DNA of 64,000 nt. Origin: Podarcis tiliguerta (Eukaryota). Below, one piece after another: positions 43,688 to 56,211 of this stretch; positions within the stretch are counted from its first letter, which is position 1; each line of letters opens with the position of its first letter. The stretch is taken from assembly GCA_965153285.1 (NCBI GenBank), contig OZ229111.1. One strand, written 5' to 3'. Both the position numbers and the translations under genes were made by a program. Under the pieces are notes generated by a model. It saw only the letters and a program-made list of their open reading frames with translations. It did no database searches and was not told the origin of the DNA.

Positions 43688-46665
43688 TTAAACAAGAAGC
43701 CTATATGCATCAGCTCCCAACTGGCCAAGGAATAGCCTGCAGGCCTAATCTTGGCCAATATAGTCTAGTGTCAAAAGGCCATGGCTAGTTAAAACAATAT
43801 CCCCAACTTTATTTAAGGAAAAGAAAATTAAACAAACATTACATCAGAAGCTTCTTGCCCCCCACTAAAGAGACAGAAGAAAAAACGCAGCACAAAGATA
43901 CAATGGCTTCCTCCAAAGTTACAAAGCGACAGCAGAGAAGACCCAATTTACAGAAAAGAAACCAGAAGGGATCTTTCTTCTGCCCTCTAGTCCAGCTCCA
44001 TGATACTGAAGGAGAGGTGGCAGGCAGGTAGGTACAAGGCCTGGAGGTTGGTGTTTTGGCATAAGACTGCCTTTGTGGCTGCACACATAAAAAGAGATGA
44101 CAAAATGCCGGCAGAATTTTTAAATTTTTTAAAGGAACCCTTGGGTTAGAGGAAACAGTTCTATGTCACAGGAATGTCCTCACTGTGTTCTGATTTCACA
44201 TCTCACAAGTCCTATAGCAGTTGGCTTTGCAGGGAGGAGCATGCCAGAGGAGAAATGGCATCCTGCACCTTTAACGGCACCTACAAGAGGAAGCAGGTTG
44301 TTTGTGCATAGGTTCCAGTGCTGTACAAGTGAGAGTTTATAGGGGGGGATGTGGGAGGGGGGAGAGAGAAATCAAATTAATGGCACTTTAAAAAGGAAGC
44401 TAGAAGCGGCAGAGGGCTGTAGGCTGATCAGTTTGATGAGAAAAAACAAACTGTCAGCTTGAAAGGCACACTATCTTATCTGTAACTAGTGGGACTAGAA
44501 AAGAGAAAAGGCAGAGAAGATATTGCAGCTTTTAATTAAAAGCAGATCCTTTTATCTGCCAGCTGTGGAAGACAAGGCGAAATCTCCTCCACATGCTCCC
44601 CCCCTCCCTCTACAATCCTCTCTGTCACTATTTCTATCTACAGGGCTATTCCCCCCCCCCTTCCTCTTTTTTTATTATCTCATTTTAGGTGCCTGCTTCT
44701 GTCGCAGCCTCTGGGCCAACTTGGAGTTGGCAGGGTCACAGCCCCAGGCACTGGCTTGTGGCGATAATGGGCAATTAGGTTTTATCAGCAGGATCAGAAG
44801 CAGCATTCTGTCCAATTTCTCAGCATCTGTCTGTCACGTAATGAGAGACCCACAGCCTTTTGCAGGCAGGCTTCTCTCTGCCTTTAAAACTTTTCCTCTT
44901 GAAACCTCGCTAACTTCCTTCAAACTGCGCCAAATAAAAATCTACCACCTCCAATAAAACTGCTTCACTTGACCCCTCTGTCTCTCCCCAAAAGGACAAC
45001 CCATGAATAAGGAACCAGTTTTGCAGAAGCACCAGAGATGGAGGCACAGCCTTAGCGTCAGAGTGAGCCATGGACACGCTAAGCGGAGCATAAAACCTAT
45101 TGTGCTTCAATCAACTTACTGAGATAGGGTTCCTTCCCATACTCAAATATACTGCTTAGATGGGGGAGCGGCAAAAAGGTTGGCCAGTACTGGCCAAATC
45201 TGACCTTCACTCCAAAGGACAGTGGCATCCAAGCACACTAACCTGCGATATTACAACGACAACCCAGAGGGCATTAATGATGGTGAAATCAATAGTGGTC
45301 AGATTCTAGTTCTATTATTGTTATTACCTACATTCTGTCCTGCTGTTCCTCCAAGGAGTTTGGAGTGATGAACAAAGTTTCCCCCACACCCCTTTTACAA
45401 TCTTGTAAGTTCACCAGAGAGGTAATAACTGACCCAAGGTCACTCAGTGAGTTATATGGCTAAGCAAGATCTCTGAACGTGTACCTTCCTGATCCTAATT
45501 TAGCACATCTATACACCACACTGGCTAAAGAAATCTATGTGCCAGGTTTTCATATTTTGGGCAGGGAAGGCAGCATGAACAAAGCACTGGTAAGTGGGCA
45601 ATTTTCTCCAACATCTTGCAAACATAGCAAGGATTTTTGTGATTGTTGGTTAATGATACCTCTTCGTAGGTAATTAGGATACTTTATGAGCAGGGCAGGT
45701 CCCGTCTCATTAAAGCTTAGAGATGAAACTAATTGCTTAGTACGCATTCTCAGGCAAGGTTCAACCAAGTGGGAGGCTGCTGGCAGGAAGGGAACTTCTA
45801 CAACAGTGCTCCACATGGGGGTGAAGTCAACCCAAGTTGCAATCATATGGATCTGCCCAATTGTATGTTGGTTGTTATTTCACAGTTAATTCCTCCAAAA
45901 AGCTTAGAGAGGCTTACGTGGTTCCCAGGTGGCCTCCTATCCAGGCATCTGACAGAGCCAAACCTCTGCAGATTCAAGCAACATAAAATGGACCATGTGC
46001 CTTCAAAGCCATTTTCTGAAAGTCTCCAACAGAGGCTTTCTATTGTACAGAAGGTTCAACATGGAGGTTTCAATCTATGCATTGCTTCATTGCCAGTGCC
46101 AGCTGGGACTATATGGTGCTGGCAAGGAGATGCTCCATCCAACTGGATTGTTCCACATAGTAACAGCTTGCAAATATAACACAGCCATAAGGGAGTGAGT
46201 TTTGGTGAGCCTCCCAATCACCTAGATTACAGAAACGAATTGGATGGCATCCCACTAGCGGAGGAATATAATGGGACAGTCAAACTACCTGTGAAACCAG
46301 TGGGTCTCTTTCTTCAAACTCAGATGTGTCAATCATACATTATGTGGCAGGAGAGGGTTGTTTTGTTTTGTTTCAGAGCAAAAGGAGTACACCAATGGGG
46401 GGTACTGACACCCACTTCCACCTCTCTCCCACAGTCTGCCTCCCACCCAGCTGCTTTTCTCTTTTGCCAAGTTCAGATACTGGAAGTGAGCTCAGTTGGA
46501 AGAAAAACCCATGTGGGGAGAGACTAGGGGGAAGGAAGTAGAGGGTACAGGGAAGGTTCATCTCCACCTGTAGAATTATGAACCCATTTTCCTAATTGCC
46601 TGAAATGGTGGCAAAGCTTGTTGCATTTCATGGTAAGATTCCCCCCCCCTTCTTTTTCCTTAAAC

Positions 46666-46801
46666 CAGTGTTTCTCCAACTTGGGCCTCCATCTGTTGTT
46701 GGACTACAACTCCCATCACCCCTAGCTAGCCAGACTAGTGATCAGGAATTGTGGAAGCTGTAGTCCAGCGACAGATGGAGACCCAAGTTTGAGAAACACT
46801 G
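46666..46801. mobile_element. hAT-like hairpin MITE
   Basis: Long imperfect inverted arms (CAGTGTTTCTCCAACTTGGGCCTCCATCTGT ... ACAGATGGAGACCCAAGTTTGAGAAACACTG); degenerate 8-bp TSD CCTTAAAC/CTTTAAAG. Confidence 0.85.
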
Positions 46802-46999
46802 CTTTAAAGGATGACATTGCTGCTATCGTTCTTTAAAAATGTATATGGAGTAAATGAAGGACTTTAGAAACTGGTGTGGCCCCCAAAAATCAGGAAAAAA
46901 CTCTCTCTCAAGGCGTGGGATTAAATGGGAAGTAACAGACTGATAAGTAGCAGAGCCATGAAAAAGAAAAGGAAAAAACCCTGGGCCCATCATTCACAC

Positions 47000-47234
47000 C
47001 TTCCTTGCACTCCAAGGCCACGCGGGATTCCAAGTTGTCCATCTGCAGCTGTAGACGTTTGAGGGTGCGGTCAGCATCTCGGGATTTCCGCTTGTATGCA
47101 ATGAGGACGATGATGATGATGAGTAAGAGAAGACCCCCTCCCCCACCAATTCCAATAATGGCTGGCAGGGTCAACAAGTTGTCTGAATAGATCTGCAGCA
47201 TCCCGGGGGAGAATTCAAAGCCCCCAGCCTTGAT
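47000..47234 (-). CDS. PLXNA1: PLXNA1 transmembrane/juxtamembrane exon, 235 nt: [11 protein letters not shown]...[54 protein letters not shown]
   Basis: Acceptor tctcag|ATC, donor AAG|gtgtga; hydrophobic helix with Gly run; overlaps ORF 46908..47201. Confidence 0.97.
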
Positions 47235-48917
47235 CTGAGAGAGAGAGAAAAAAAAAGAGAGAGAGAGAATATATATAAATATATATTAGCTCACACCTTC
47301 CTGCTAAAAAGGACTTTTATATTCCCATCCACTTGCTAGAGATGGGGAATTGCTTTCCAACATCAATAATAATGAAATAAGGGACTTGGGTAGTTTATGA
47401 AATTGGGTATTTTGGGATTCCTCCTTTTTGGGAGTGTGATGAAGGTGAAAGAACTGAGCATTGGGTTATTGACATAGCAATTATTAAGGGAATGGCAAAG
47501 ATCCCAAGGCACTGTTGGCTGTTGGGCATAACAGGATGAAAAATGTCAGGGGAGGACATTCTTATTTTCTGAATTGTCTGTCCTTCTTATTTTCTGAATT
47601 TATATCCCTTCCATCCTCCCAAAGGTGCCCATGGACCACGCCGAGAAAAGCTGCCAAGGAAGCAGTTCCCTCAAGCTGCAAGACCCAATTCCTACACAGG
47701 GGCTCAGAGGGCACATGGCCTGTGCAAGCTCTCAACAGCGTTACAGCAAATGGCAATTCAAACTGCTTTTCAATAAATTAATTTTAAAACATGCACCATT
47801 CAGAACCAAGGCAAATAGTATGCCTCTCACATTCAGGTATCAGAACGCAAGTATAAAATGTCAAATGAGAAGAGATTCTTAGACGTGGTTCTCTGCCAGC
47901 ATATACAGAGAATCCAGCATAGATGAGGTCTTCCAGGAACAGCCAGGAAGGGGAACGTTTTGCCCATTGCCTGCTACCCCTGAAATGGTTTAATAGCAAG
48001 CTACTTGCACTGAGAATGTTACCAAGGCTTTAAGTATTTCAAGCTGGTGCCCACTGCTACCACCTTGTAATCCTGAGGTAAGCGAATAGCTGCCAACTTC
48101 TGAGCTGCAGAAAATTTAGTATTAATAAGAAAGGTACAATTGCCACATTGGGTAGTTCACTGATTGTTGAACAAGCAAGGGGGGGGGGTCTCTGCCACTC
48201 AATACACTCATGGTAATGGTTACGCCTGCCTAGCTACCCATATCCCAAGCATCTTCTAGGTAGCACTGACTGCAGCCATCAGAGGGAAGCAAATGCCTAA
48301 GTGGAGAAGGACAATGGCCAAGCAGTGCAGGGTTAAGTCTCACATTGCCTGTTCAAAGCATTGCAAAGGGATTTGATGGGATGCAGGAACAGGCTGGTAT
48401 GTTGCTGAGCAGGCAGCAAGTTTGATGTCTCATTCACAAAGCGTTGTAATAACAGATGGGATGCACAGTGCATTCCCTGATGGATGAGGTGCCTGAAGTA
48501 AGAAACATTTTGGGTCCCTTTCAAACACCCAAGGCCACACTGAGCCCCCGAGTGAGTCAGAACTGCTGTGCCGCAGTCTAATGTGCAACTAATCCTGCTT
48601 AACCCATTCATGAGTCCGTTTTGTCCTGCTTCTGCTTTACTCTGTTTTTTAAATAAATGAAAATTCAAATGTGCATTTTATATCAAAGTACATATTTAAA
48701 CATATATTCTATTTCAATGTATGCATTTATAAATGCATTTTACCCCAACATACATATTTTTAACTGCACTTCAGTCCATTTCTTGAATCAAGAACTACAT
48801 CGCAAAATTCAGACAAGTGTGAAATCCAGAGGACATTTTACGCCCCAGTCAGCACATAAGTCCAGGAGGTCAGTTCACACCAAAAGTCACAGAAATTGAA
48901 TTCCTCAAGGTTTTTTT

Positions 48918-48949
<32 letters not shown>

Positions 48950-48950
48950 A
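48918..48950. repeat. (AAAT)n microsatellite
   Basis: Direct reading. Confidence 0.9.
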
Positions 48951-49999
48951 AAATCTCTCCCCTTCTAAAAGCAATGGAAATAAATGAGCAAGTAATCATG
49001 ACAGTTAGTTGGAGGCATCCAAAAAATGAGAACGGGGCACCAGGCAGGGAGTGTTATGGAGCTGGACGATATATCAATATCCAACACCGCTTTGACGTTC
49101 ACATTGTGATAATAGTTTCATAATATTTGAGCGGGCAATGTATCGCAAATCACAATGTGTGTAAGGGCTAGGCGATATCTGATTTTCAGCATCATGATAA
49201 CTTGCCAGCTAAACACTGCAATTGTTATCAGCAGCTAAACCTCGCAATATCACCAGCCAGACATTGCAATCTACTGTACCGCAAGGTCTGAAATAAGGAT
49301 GGAACTAAACAGAGGTGGACAGGACAATGCCCTGGCAACTGCTACTACTTAGGGATCTAAAATGGATAAATGACAATATTATCAATCATCACACACTGAG
49401 TTTCATCAGCAGGCAAACCAAAATGCATCCCAACAGGACTTTTGGTTTGGGGCTTGGCTACCAAATGGTGGTATTCAAAACAATCCAAAATACACAATCA
49501 TGGCTTACTTTACCTCCACCAAAAGAAAGAGAGAGGCCCAGCTGAAGGGTAAAAATGATATTTTCAAGAACAGTGGCACACAGGCAAAACATGCCCTTGC
49601 ATGTTCACTAGCAATGGTGTTAAGTGTTTAGTGGAAGTAACAGCAGTAAGCGCTAAGGAAAAGCTGGCATGTTTGCTAGCTCATTATGATGAACACCATT
49701 TGTGAAATGGTGGAGAAGACAGTTCAGTGAAGTCTATTCATGAAAAGGGACCACAGGAGAGCAGAGAAAGAGAGCACTGATCCATGCACTCCAGTTGCAA
49801 CTATGCCATCCAGACACAAGCTCTATAATGCAACAGAAACCACTGGAATTTGTACACCCCTCTGAACCCTGTGCACCTGGCTCAACTGACACCCAAGAGC
49901 AGCATTAAAAGCTTTGTTATAGATGAACTCATGAAGGAATCAGAAATGGGGAACAAAGGGCCCACAGAAAGGTTTTTATATGAATTGGAATAGTTTCTC

Positions 50000-50085
50000 T
50001 CATTCATTCATTCATTCATTCATATATCTATCTATCATCTATCTATCTATCTATCATCTATCTATCATCTATCTATCAATCATCT
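50000..50085. repeat. Compound (TCAT)n/(TCTA)n microsatellite
   Basis: Direct reading. Confidence 0.9.
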
Positions 50086-50743
50086 AAAAGCCTTCTAGAT
50101 CTTTGAAGTCCCTCCTGCAGAACACCAAACACTAAGATCCAAAAAAAGCATCATCTACTCCAAATCCCCAAATCTGGATTTCTTTCCTTCAGTCTGCCAA
50201 GATTTCCTACTCTGATGCTGCCTCAAACAGAGAGATTACAAACATGCAAATTAATCACATAAAAATTGCATTAATAGCATGCATAATATAGCCTGGCGTG
50301 ACCTTGTATTTATGCACAAGCTATGTGCAAAGTGATAAGGAATTGCAGGCAGGTAAGTGTTCAATTCCGGGAGAAAGGATGGAGTGTTCCATCCCTCTTT
50401 TGTTCCCAATTGAGAAACCAAACGAGCTGCCAGGGAAGCTGCTGCAGGAGGGACTGGTTCTCCTCTGCCAACCCCCAGCAGGCTGGTAAACTTTCTTTTC
50501 AGGCTAGCAACCTTTGTGGGTGTATTTACAAGGTTGGTTTGGTGCACAGAAACTGGATGCGTATTGAGTGGCTGCTGACAGAGAACAGATTTCCCAAAGG
50601 CAGGATCTTGATTTGGGAATAGGTGGGAGAGAGCGAAAAGATTAAAAAGCGGGATGTGTTCCACATTCTTTGCAACCCGGACTGCACGGGGCTCTTCCAG
50701 GAGGAAAAATAATGAGCACCCGGTGCATAGTACAATGCTGTCA

Positions 50744-50962
<219 letters not shown>

Positions 50963-51851
50963 TTACCGGCAGACTCTCAGCCTTCTAACCCACAAGGAGA
51001 GACATCTTTTCATTCAGTTCTGTTCTCTAGATCAGGGGGCAAAAGGAGCAATATCTCAATCCACATTATGCAGCTTAAAAAGTGGTCCAAAAGCAGCCTC
51101 AAACTATCCTTAGTTGAACAGAAGTGACCAATGGGTGACAAAATGCTCAATAGGAGACAGAATATTTGCTAACATTTGCATCACTTTCCCTGCCTTTTCC
51201 ACTGTAACACAATCAATTTTTCTCCTCTCTACAGTCTTGCAGGAACAAGGTGTGAAGCCTACTGTAGCACACCATTAGTGTAAGGATTTCTAGCTTAATG
51301 AAAAGAAACACCACTCAACGGATCCAGGAATATGTGACAAGTGTGCTCAAGACAATTTTAAGTTGAAGGGAGCAGACTAGCAAGGCTGGAGTCAACTCGT
51401 AAGTATTATAAGAGAGAAGAGTTATAACTAGGATCTCCTGTTTCTCATTCTATGGCTTCATGCATCTTCCTATAATATAGTTTTTCTCTCCCTGTAATAT
51501 TGGAACAAACTACTAGAATTTGGCAGTGCTTCTGCTGTAGGGACTGCCAAGTCTCTCCTTCCAAACAAATGTATAGATTGGGGGGGGGGGGGTTCAGTGC
51601 AGCTCATTTAACACCGAACAAAGATAGGTTGTGAAGACCACATTTGTGAGTAGAAAACTAGTTCCTTCTACTCCATCTGATTTCTCTCCCATGCTGTACT
51701 GGCAGTGAAGGCGAGGAGTCAGCAGGAAGGTGTGAGTGGGGGGCGAGAATCATCCAATTATGCCAAGAATGGGGCAGAAGTAAGGACCCTAGTTATGCTA
51801 GGTGGGATAGCTTATGCACAGCTGCAATAATGGGCCCAGGGGTAGCATTAC

Positions 51852-52088
51852 CTTGAGGATGAGTGGAGAGCTTGGCTTGAGCTCCAGCATTCCAGAGGGG
51901 AGAGACTCAAACACAGGGTCCGGGTAATAGACAAAGCTGGTTTTGTTGATGATCAGCAAGGCCTGGACATTATCCATGACAAAACCAATTTCATCTGGGC
52001 GATCCCCAAACTCTGGAGGACTCCGGACTGGGTTGTCAATGGAGGGAGCATAGCACACCATGGTGGTGTCGTTGTAGACTGTGCAGTT
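51852..52088 (-). CDS. PLXNA1: PLXNA1 exon (IPT3/4), 237 nt: [16 protein letters not shown]...[11 protein letters not shown]
   Basis: Acceptor ttctag|AAC, donor AAG|gtaatg; overlaps ORF 51798..52061. Confidence 0.95.
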
Positions 52089-52142
52089 CTAGAAAGGAAG
52101 AAGCCACTAAATTTAATCCACTGCGTTTCATTGGTTTCATCT

Positions 52143-52143
<1 letters not shown>

Positions 52144-52182
<39 letters not shown>
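52144..52182. repeat. (AC)n microsatellite; reads (UG)n in the pre-mRNA
   Basis: Direct reading. Confidence 0.95.
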
Positions 52183-52184
<2 letters not shown>

Positions 52185-52325
52185 AAGTTCAAGTATAATT
52201 AATTCCCAGAAGGTTATCTGTACCTTTTCCCTTCATTGAGGTAGCAGCATAATAATACGTGGTGAGAAGTGCTGGCTTAGGTAGGAGGTTCAGACTGAAG
52301 GCACTTTGACATTCTCCATCTATGC

Positions 52326-52445
52326 TAGGGATGGGGAACTTGTGGCCACCAGATGTGGCTAGACCACAACTTCCATCATACCTGGCCATTGGCTATGCTG
52401 GTTGGGTCTGATGGGACTTGGGAGTCTAATACCACATCTGGACAA
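52326..52445. mobile_element. Degenerate hAT-like MITE related to the 46666 element
   Basis: TAGGGATGGGGAAC start, internal 'acaacttccatcat' and its inverted counterpart; further relics near 17820, 35030, 36947 and 62510. Confidence 0.5.
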
Positions 52446-52529
52446 AAGAATCAGTGTGGGCAATCATGGCTGCCATGTGACTTCTAATTCCTTTTAAAAA
52501 TGACTCCCTTAAGTCAAAGATTTACTTAC

Positions 52530-52623
52530 ATTCTCACTCTCAGCAGAGCCATACTTGGCTCGGATCCTGGGTTCTTTGATAGTGGCCAGATTGGTGCCTG
52601 TCACAGTCAACAATGTACCACCG
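52530..52623 (-). CDS. PLXNA1: PLXNA1 exon (IPT3), 94 nt: [31 protein letters not shown]
   Basis: Acceptor ttctag|C, donor AAT|gtaagt. Confidence 0.94.
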
Positions 52624-54448
52624 CTAGAAAGCAAGCAAAAGTTGGGGTTAGACAAAAACTGCAGTGGGGTGGGAACAAGCAGCATGAACCGAACAAGCGT
52701 GTCACTTCTACTCTGTTATTTTAAAAGCTGCATGGTATCTCTTACCTTATGTTCAGGCTGGGGGAAACCAAACTACAAGATTAATTTTAGAGAGCAACTG
52801 GTGAAAATGAGAAAGCTTTCTGGATTCCACTCATCTCCAGGGTGCACCCAACCAAGAAGCCCTCCTGGCACACTAAAAGAATACCAGGACGACCAGCATC
52901 TTCTATCCCGGACTACCACTTCTGCATTTGTGTTCAGAAGAGCCAGGACTACAAGAGATGCACCATACAACAGGAGCTGTTTTCAGTCTATTAGCTGTGC
53001 TTCTTTTGGGTCCCAATTCTACAAAGATGACAATGTAGGCTGTTTTTTAAGGCTAATATTTCTGAGGACCATTTCAAAGGGACATGACGTTGGGAGATCC
53101 ATAATAAGATCTTACAGCTGTTTTGAGAAAAAAGCAGCTACAGAGACCCTTGAAATGGAGTCACGGCACTTGCCTGGAGGTGGGGGCCGACCCTTTCTTC
53201 ACATGTATTTTTTCAAATTGACCCCCCCACCACCAAAAAAAGTTTACTTTCCTCCCTAGGAGAAAACAGTCACTCAGAAGGTAAAATGCTGCAGTGTTAC
53301 CACTACTTCCAATCACCATGACACCAATCTAATCCATCACCATCATAGTTCCTTTAACCTTGAAAATAAAGGAGACCCTCCTGACATCACAGATCTTCTT
53401 ACATCACATCTAACTATGCTTTGCACACAGATGCACGCACTTACCATGTAGAGCAACACATAGATTTTAATCAAAATCACCAAAACAGAGGAAAAATATA
53501 CAATTAGCAAGTGGTGTCAGGCAGCACTGGCCTACTACTTTATGTCACATCTCCTGCACTGGCCTAACCTATTGAACCAGAGCTTACTTTCTTCCCTACA
53601 TAACTAGATCCTCTTTAAAATAACCATAATACACATTTTCAAACACACATTCAGTGGTATTAGCAGATAGCAAATTCCATTCTGAAAGAGTCATGCTCCT
53701 TCCAGTTTTCATTTTGGACTTCCACATGACGCCCAGTTGCAGAGGAAAATTTCCTGGGTCCTGCTTTGACTCTTTTGATCCTGGGCCTTAGATGACTGAA
53801 GTATACACTGCAAATAACAGGTAATTGCTGCTATAGCTCTTATGGTTGTTACATTTCGTATTTCTACTATGGAAGAAAGTCAGCATCAGATTCAAAGGTC
53901 TGCTGCTTCAGGAGCTTTACAGAACTCGCCAGCAGACAACAGTTCTTATGTGTGGCTCAAGAGAAGCACTGCAAGGCAAAGAAGCAGCCCCCTCCATTGT
54001 TGTCAATTGAGGATAGGCAAAGTGTCATTTGCAGGGATGTGATTTAACTGGCTTAATGTTTGCCTTAACGTCTGTTAGAGACTGCTAGCTGCCCAGAGTG
54101 GCTGGGGAAACCCAGCCAGATGGGCGGGGTATAAATAATAATAAAATAATAAAAGTATTATTGTTACGGCTAGACACTGAGAATGAACATGAGAACAGCA
54201 TTTTATTCTCCACTGACAGGCCAGCACATAGGGTGCTATGCACGTCACACCACACCTCTTGCAGTGGGTTCTGGGAAGTGGGGTTCTGAGGAAATCATCC
54301 TGATTTCTGGCAGAGTGACTTAGCAAAACGCAAAGCTTTCCAAAGTACAGCAAAGCTGCTACTAAATGGATGAACAACCACCAATATTCCTAATATGCAC
54401 ATTCTTTTCTTTATTTTTATCCTGCAAATCCACTCCCTTCAGTGCTAC

Positions 54449-54616
54449 CTGTTGATGCTCCATTCGGGGTCTATCTTCTGAATGGTGGGGTCATCAGTAT
54501 AGAAATATGCCACCTCAGGGCTGCTAAGTATAGCCCGGTTTATATGGATGAGGATGGGAGACTCTCCTGCGCTTTGGCCAGGTGGTGTCCTGCACCGGAT
54601 TTCAACAGCATTTCTC
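54449..54616 (-). CDS. PLXNA1: PLXNA1 exon (IPT2/3), 168 nt: [55 protein letters not shown](S)
   Basis: Acceptor ttacag|G, donor CAG|gtagca; overlaps ORF 54445..54654. Confidence 0.94.
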
Positions 54617-55669
54617 CTGTAAGACGCAGAGAAAGAGGGAAACAAAATCAACATCTTTAGCTATAGGAAGGGCCAACAAATATTCTTCCTGCTGCCATGT
54701 CATGCCACAATCTCAGCAACAAACTTGCTGGATACTCTGCCTGGGAATCCTTGTCAAGCTTTTTGATCTCTCTACCAACACTACATGGCAGAAAAACTTT
54801 GCCCCATTAACCAGATATGTGTAGTGCACCAATGCCTTCTCACCACAAGCACCATGGGCCACATACGGTATGTCTGATTCCCAAAGCTGCTCAGCTGAAG
54901 GGCAGACTGCTAATCTACAAAAGGGTAAAATAAATCTACCAAAAGGTTTAGACATGGCATTTCCTGTAAATTCTAGCAGGAGCTGAGGAGTGCCCAAGGA
55001 CAGCTGAGCTATTGATTGCATCAATGCAAATCCCATGTCGGCATAGCCCTGAGCTCATATATGAATAAAATGTGGAAGAGAACCCAATGGGGCCTGAAAG
55101 AATCCAGCCTTGCTCCCAGGCCATGGATCAGTCCAACTGTTCACATCTGACACAAAGGAATAAAGGAGTGAAGTGCCACCCTCTACATGTGGTACCCCAT
55201 TTCTCCCTGACTTGGGGAAGTGATGCTAAAATTATCAGTTAACACAAAAAGAAAAATAAAGCAAAGGCAGCCGGCAGAGCCAGCGCAACTCCGGAGCGTT
55301 CCCCATCGTGCGGCTGCTGCAAACAGCAGCGATTAGAGCTGATAACCAGTAATTACTGCACGAAAATATTTAAAGAGCCGCTCCATTATCATCCCTAATC
55401 TAAAAATTATCCACTTCATGGCTCAGGGATTTGTGCTTTTTAGAGGGAAAAGAAATTCAACAGTCTTCGGTCTTTTTAACCCCAAAATATAAAAAAAACG
55501 AGCCTTGAAAAGAATTACACGGGAGTTTTTGCTTGGCTCCTTAAGAGTGGTACCTTATTTTAGAATACATACTCTCGCACACACACATCCTTGCATCCCC
55601 TTCGTTCACATTGCTCAGTGCGTTTGGAGCACTCCACTCCACAATGGTTTCCACCCATGAGAGGCTCAC

Positions 55670-55806
55670 CTTGGGAAGGCGCACTGTTGCCCTCCAATGG
55701 TTACTGTGATGTCACTTCCTGCATCAAGGTGCTTTCCTTTTATGCTGATCCAGGTGCCCCCAGAGACAGGGCCCCGAGCTGGTGACACTTGCGAGAAAGT
55801 GGGAGT
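55670..55806 (-). CDS. PLXNA1: PLXNA1 exon (IPT2), 137 nt: [45 protein letters not shown](R)
   Basis: Acceptor tgacag|ACT, donor AAG|gtgagc. Confidence 0.93.
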
Positions 55807-56090
55807 CTGTCAAAGGGAAACACAGCAAGTTCACAGAGTTCAGAAGGTGTCCTTGGTGCCCAGGAACAATAAAAGTGAATGCTGCAAGGGAAATGCTGGG
55901 AAAATTCCTCTGACCTCAGCCATTTTGTGCACCACAGGGCCACAATACATTCTTTCACTCTACTGGACACCTCTTGATAATGAAAAGTGGGTCAGATAGT
56001 CAAGCGCATTATTCAGATAAATAAAACTAATTATAGGAGGGAAGTGGGATTCAAAGTAAGGAAAGGTGATAGAAAAGAAAACATCCTTAC

Positions 56091-56211
56091 CACAAAGGTG
56101 AAGCTTTTTGGGGATATAGCCTTGTAGCTGGGGGAGCAGTCCCTGACACAAACTTCCACAGGGGCCTCTTGGATTTTGCTTGGGCTGGCTTCTCCAATCT
56201 CACAGACGATC
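56091..56211 (-). CDS. PLXNA1: PLXNA1 exon (IPT1), 121 nt: IVCEIGEASPSKIQEAPVEVCVRDCSPSYKAISPKSFTFV
   Basis: Acceptor ccctag|G, donor GTG|gtaagg; overlaps ORF 56031..56252. Confidence 0.95.

Noticed and set aside
52555-53259. 234-aa plus-strand ORF
   Set aside because: Antisense to an exon, non-ATG start and no recognisable domain; most likely a chance ORF.
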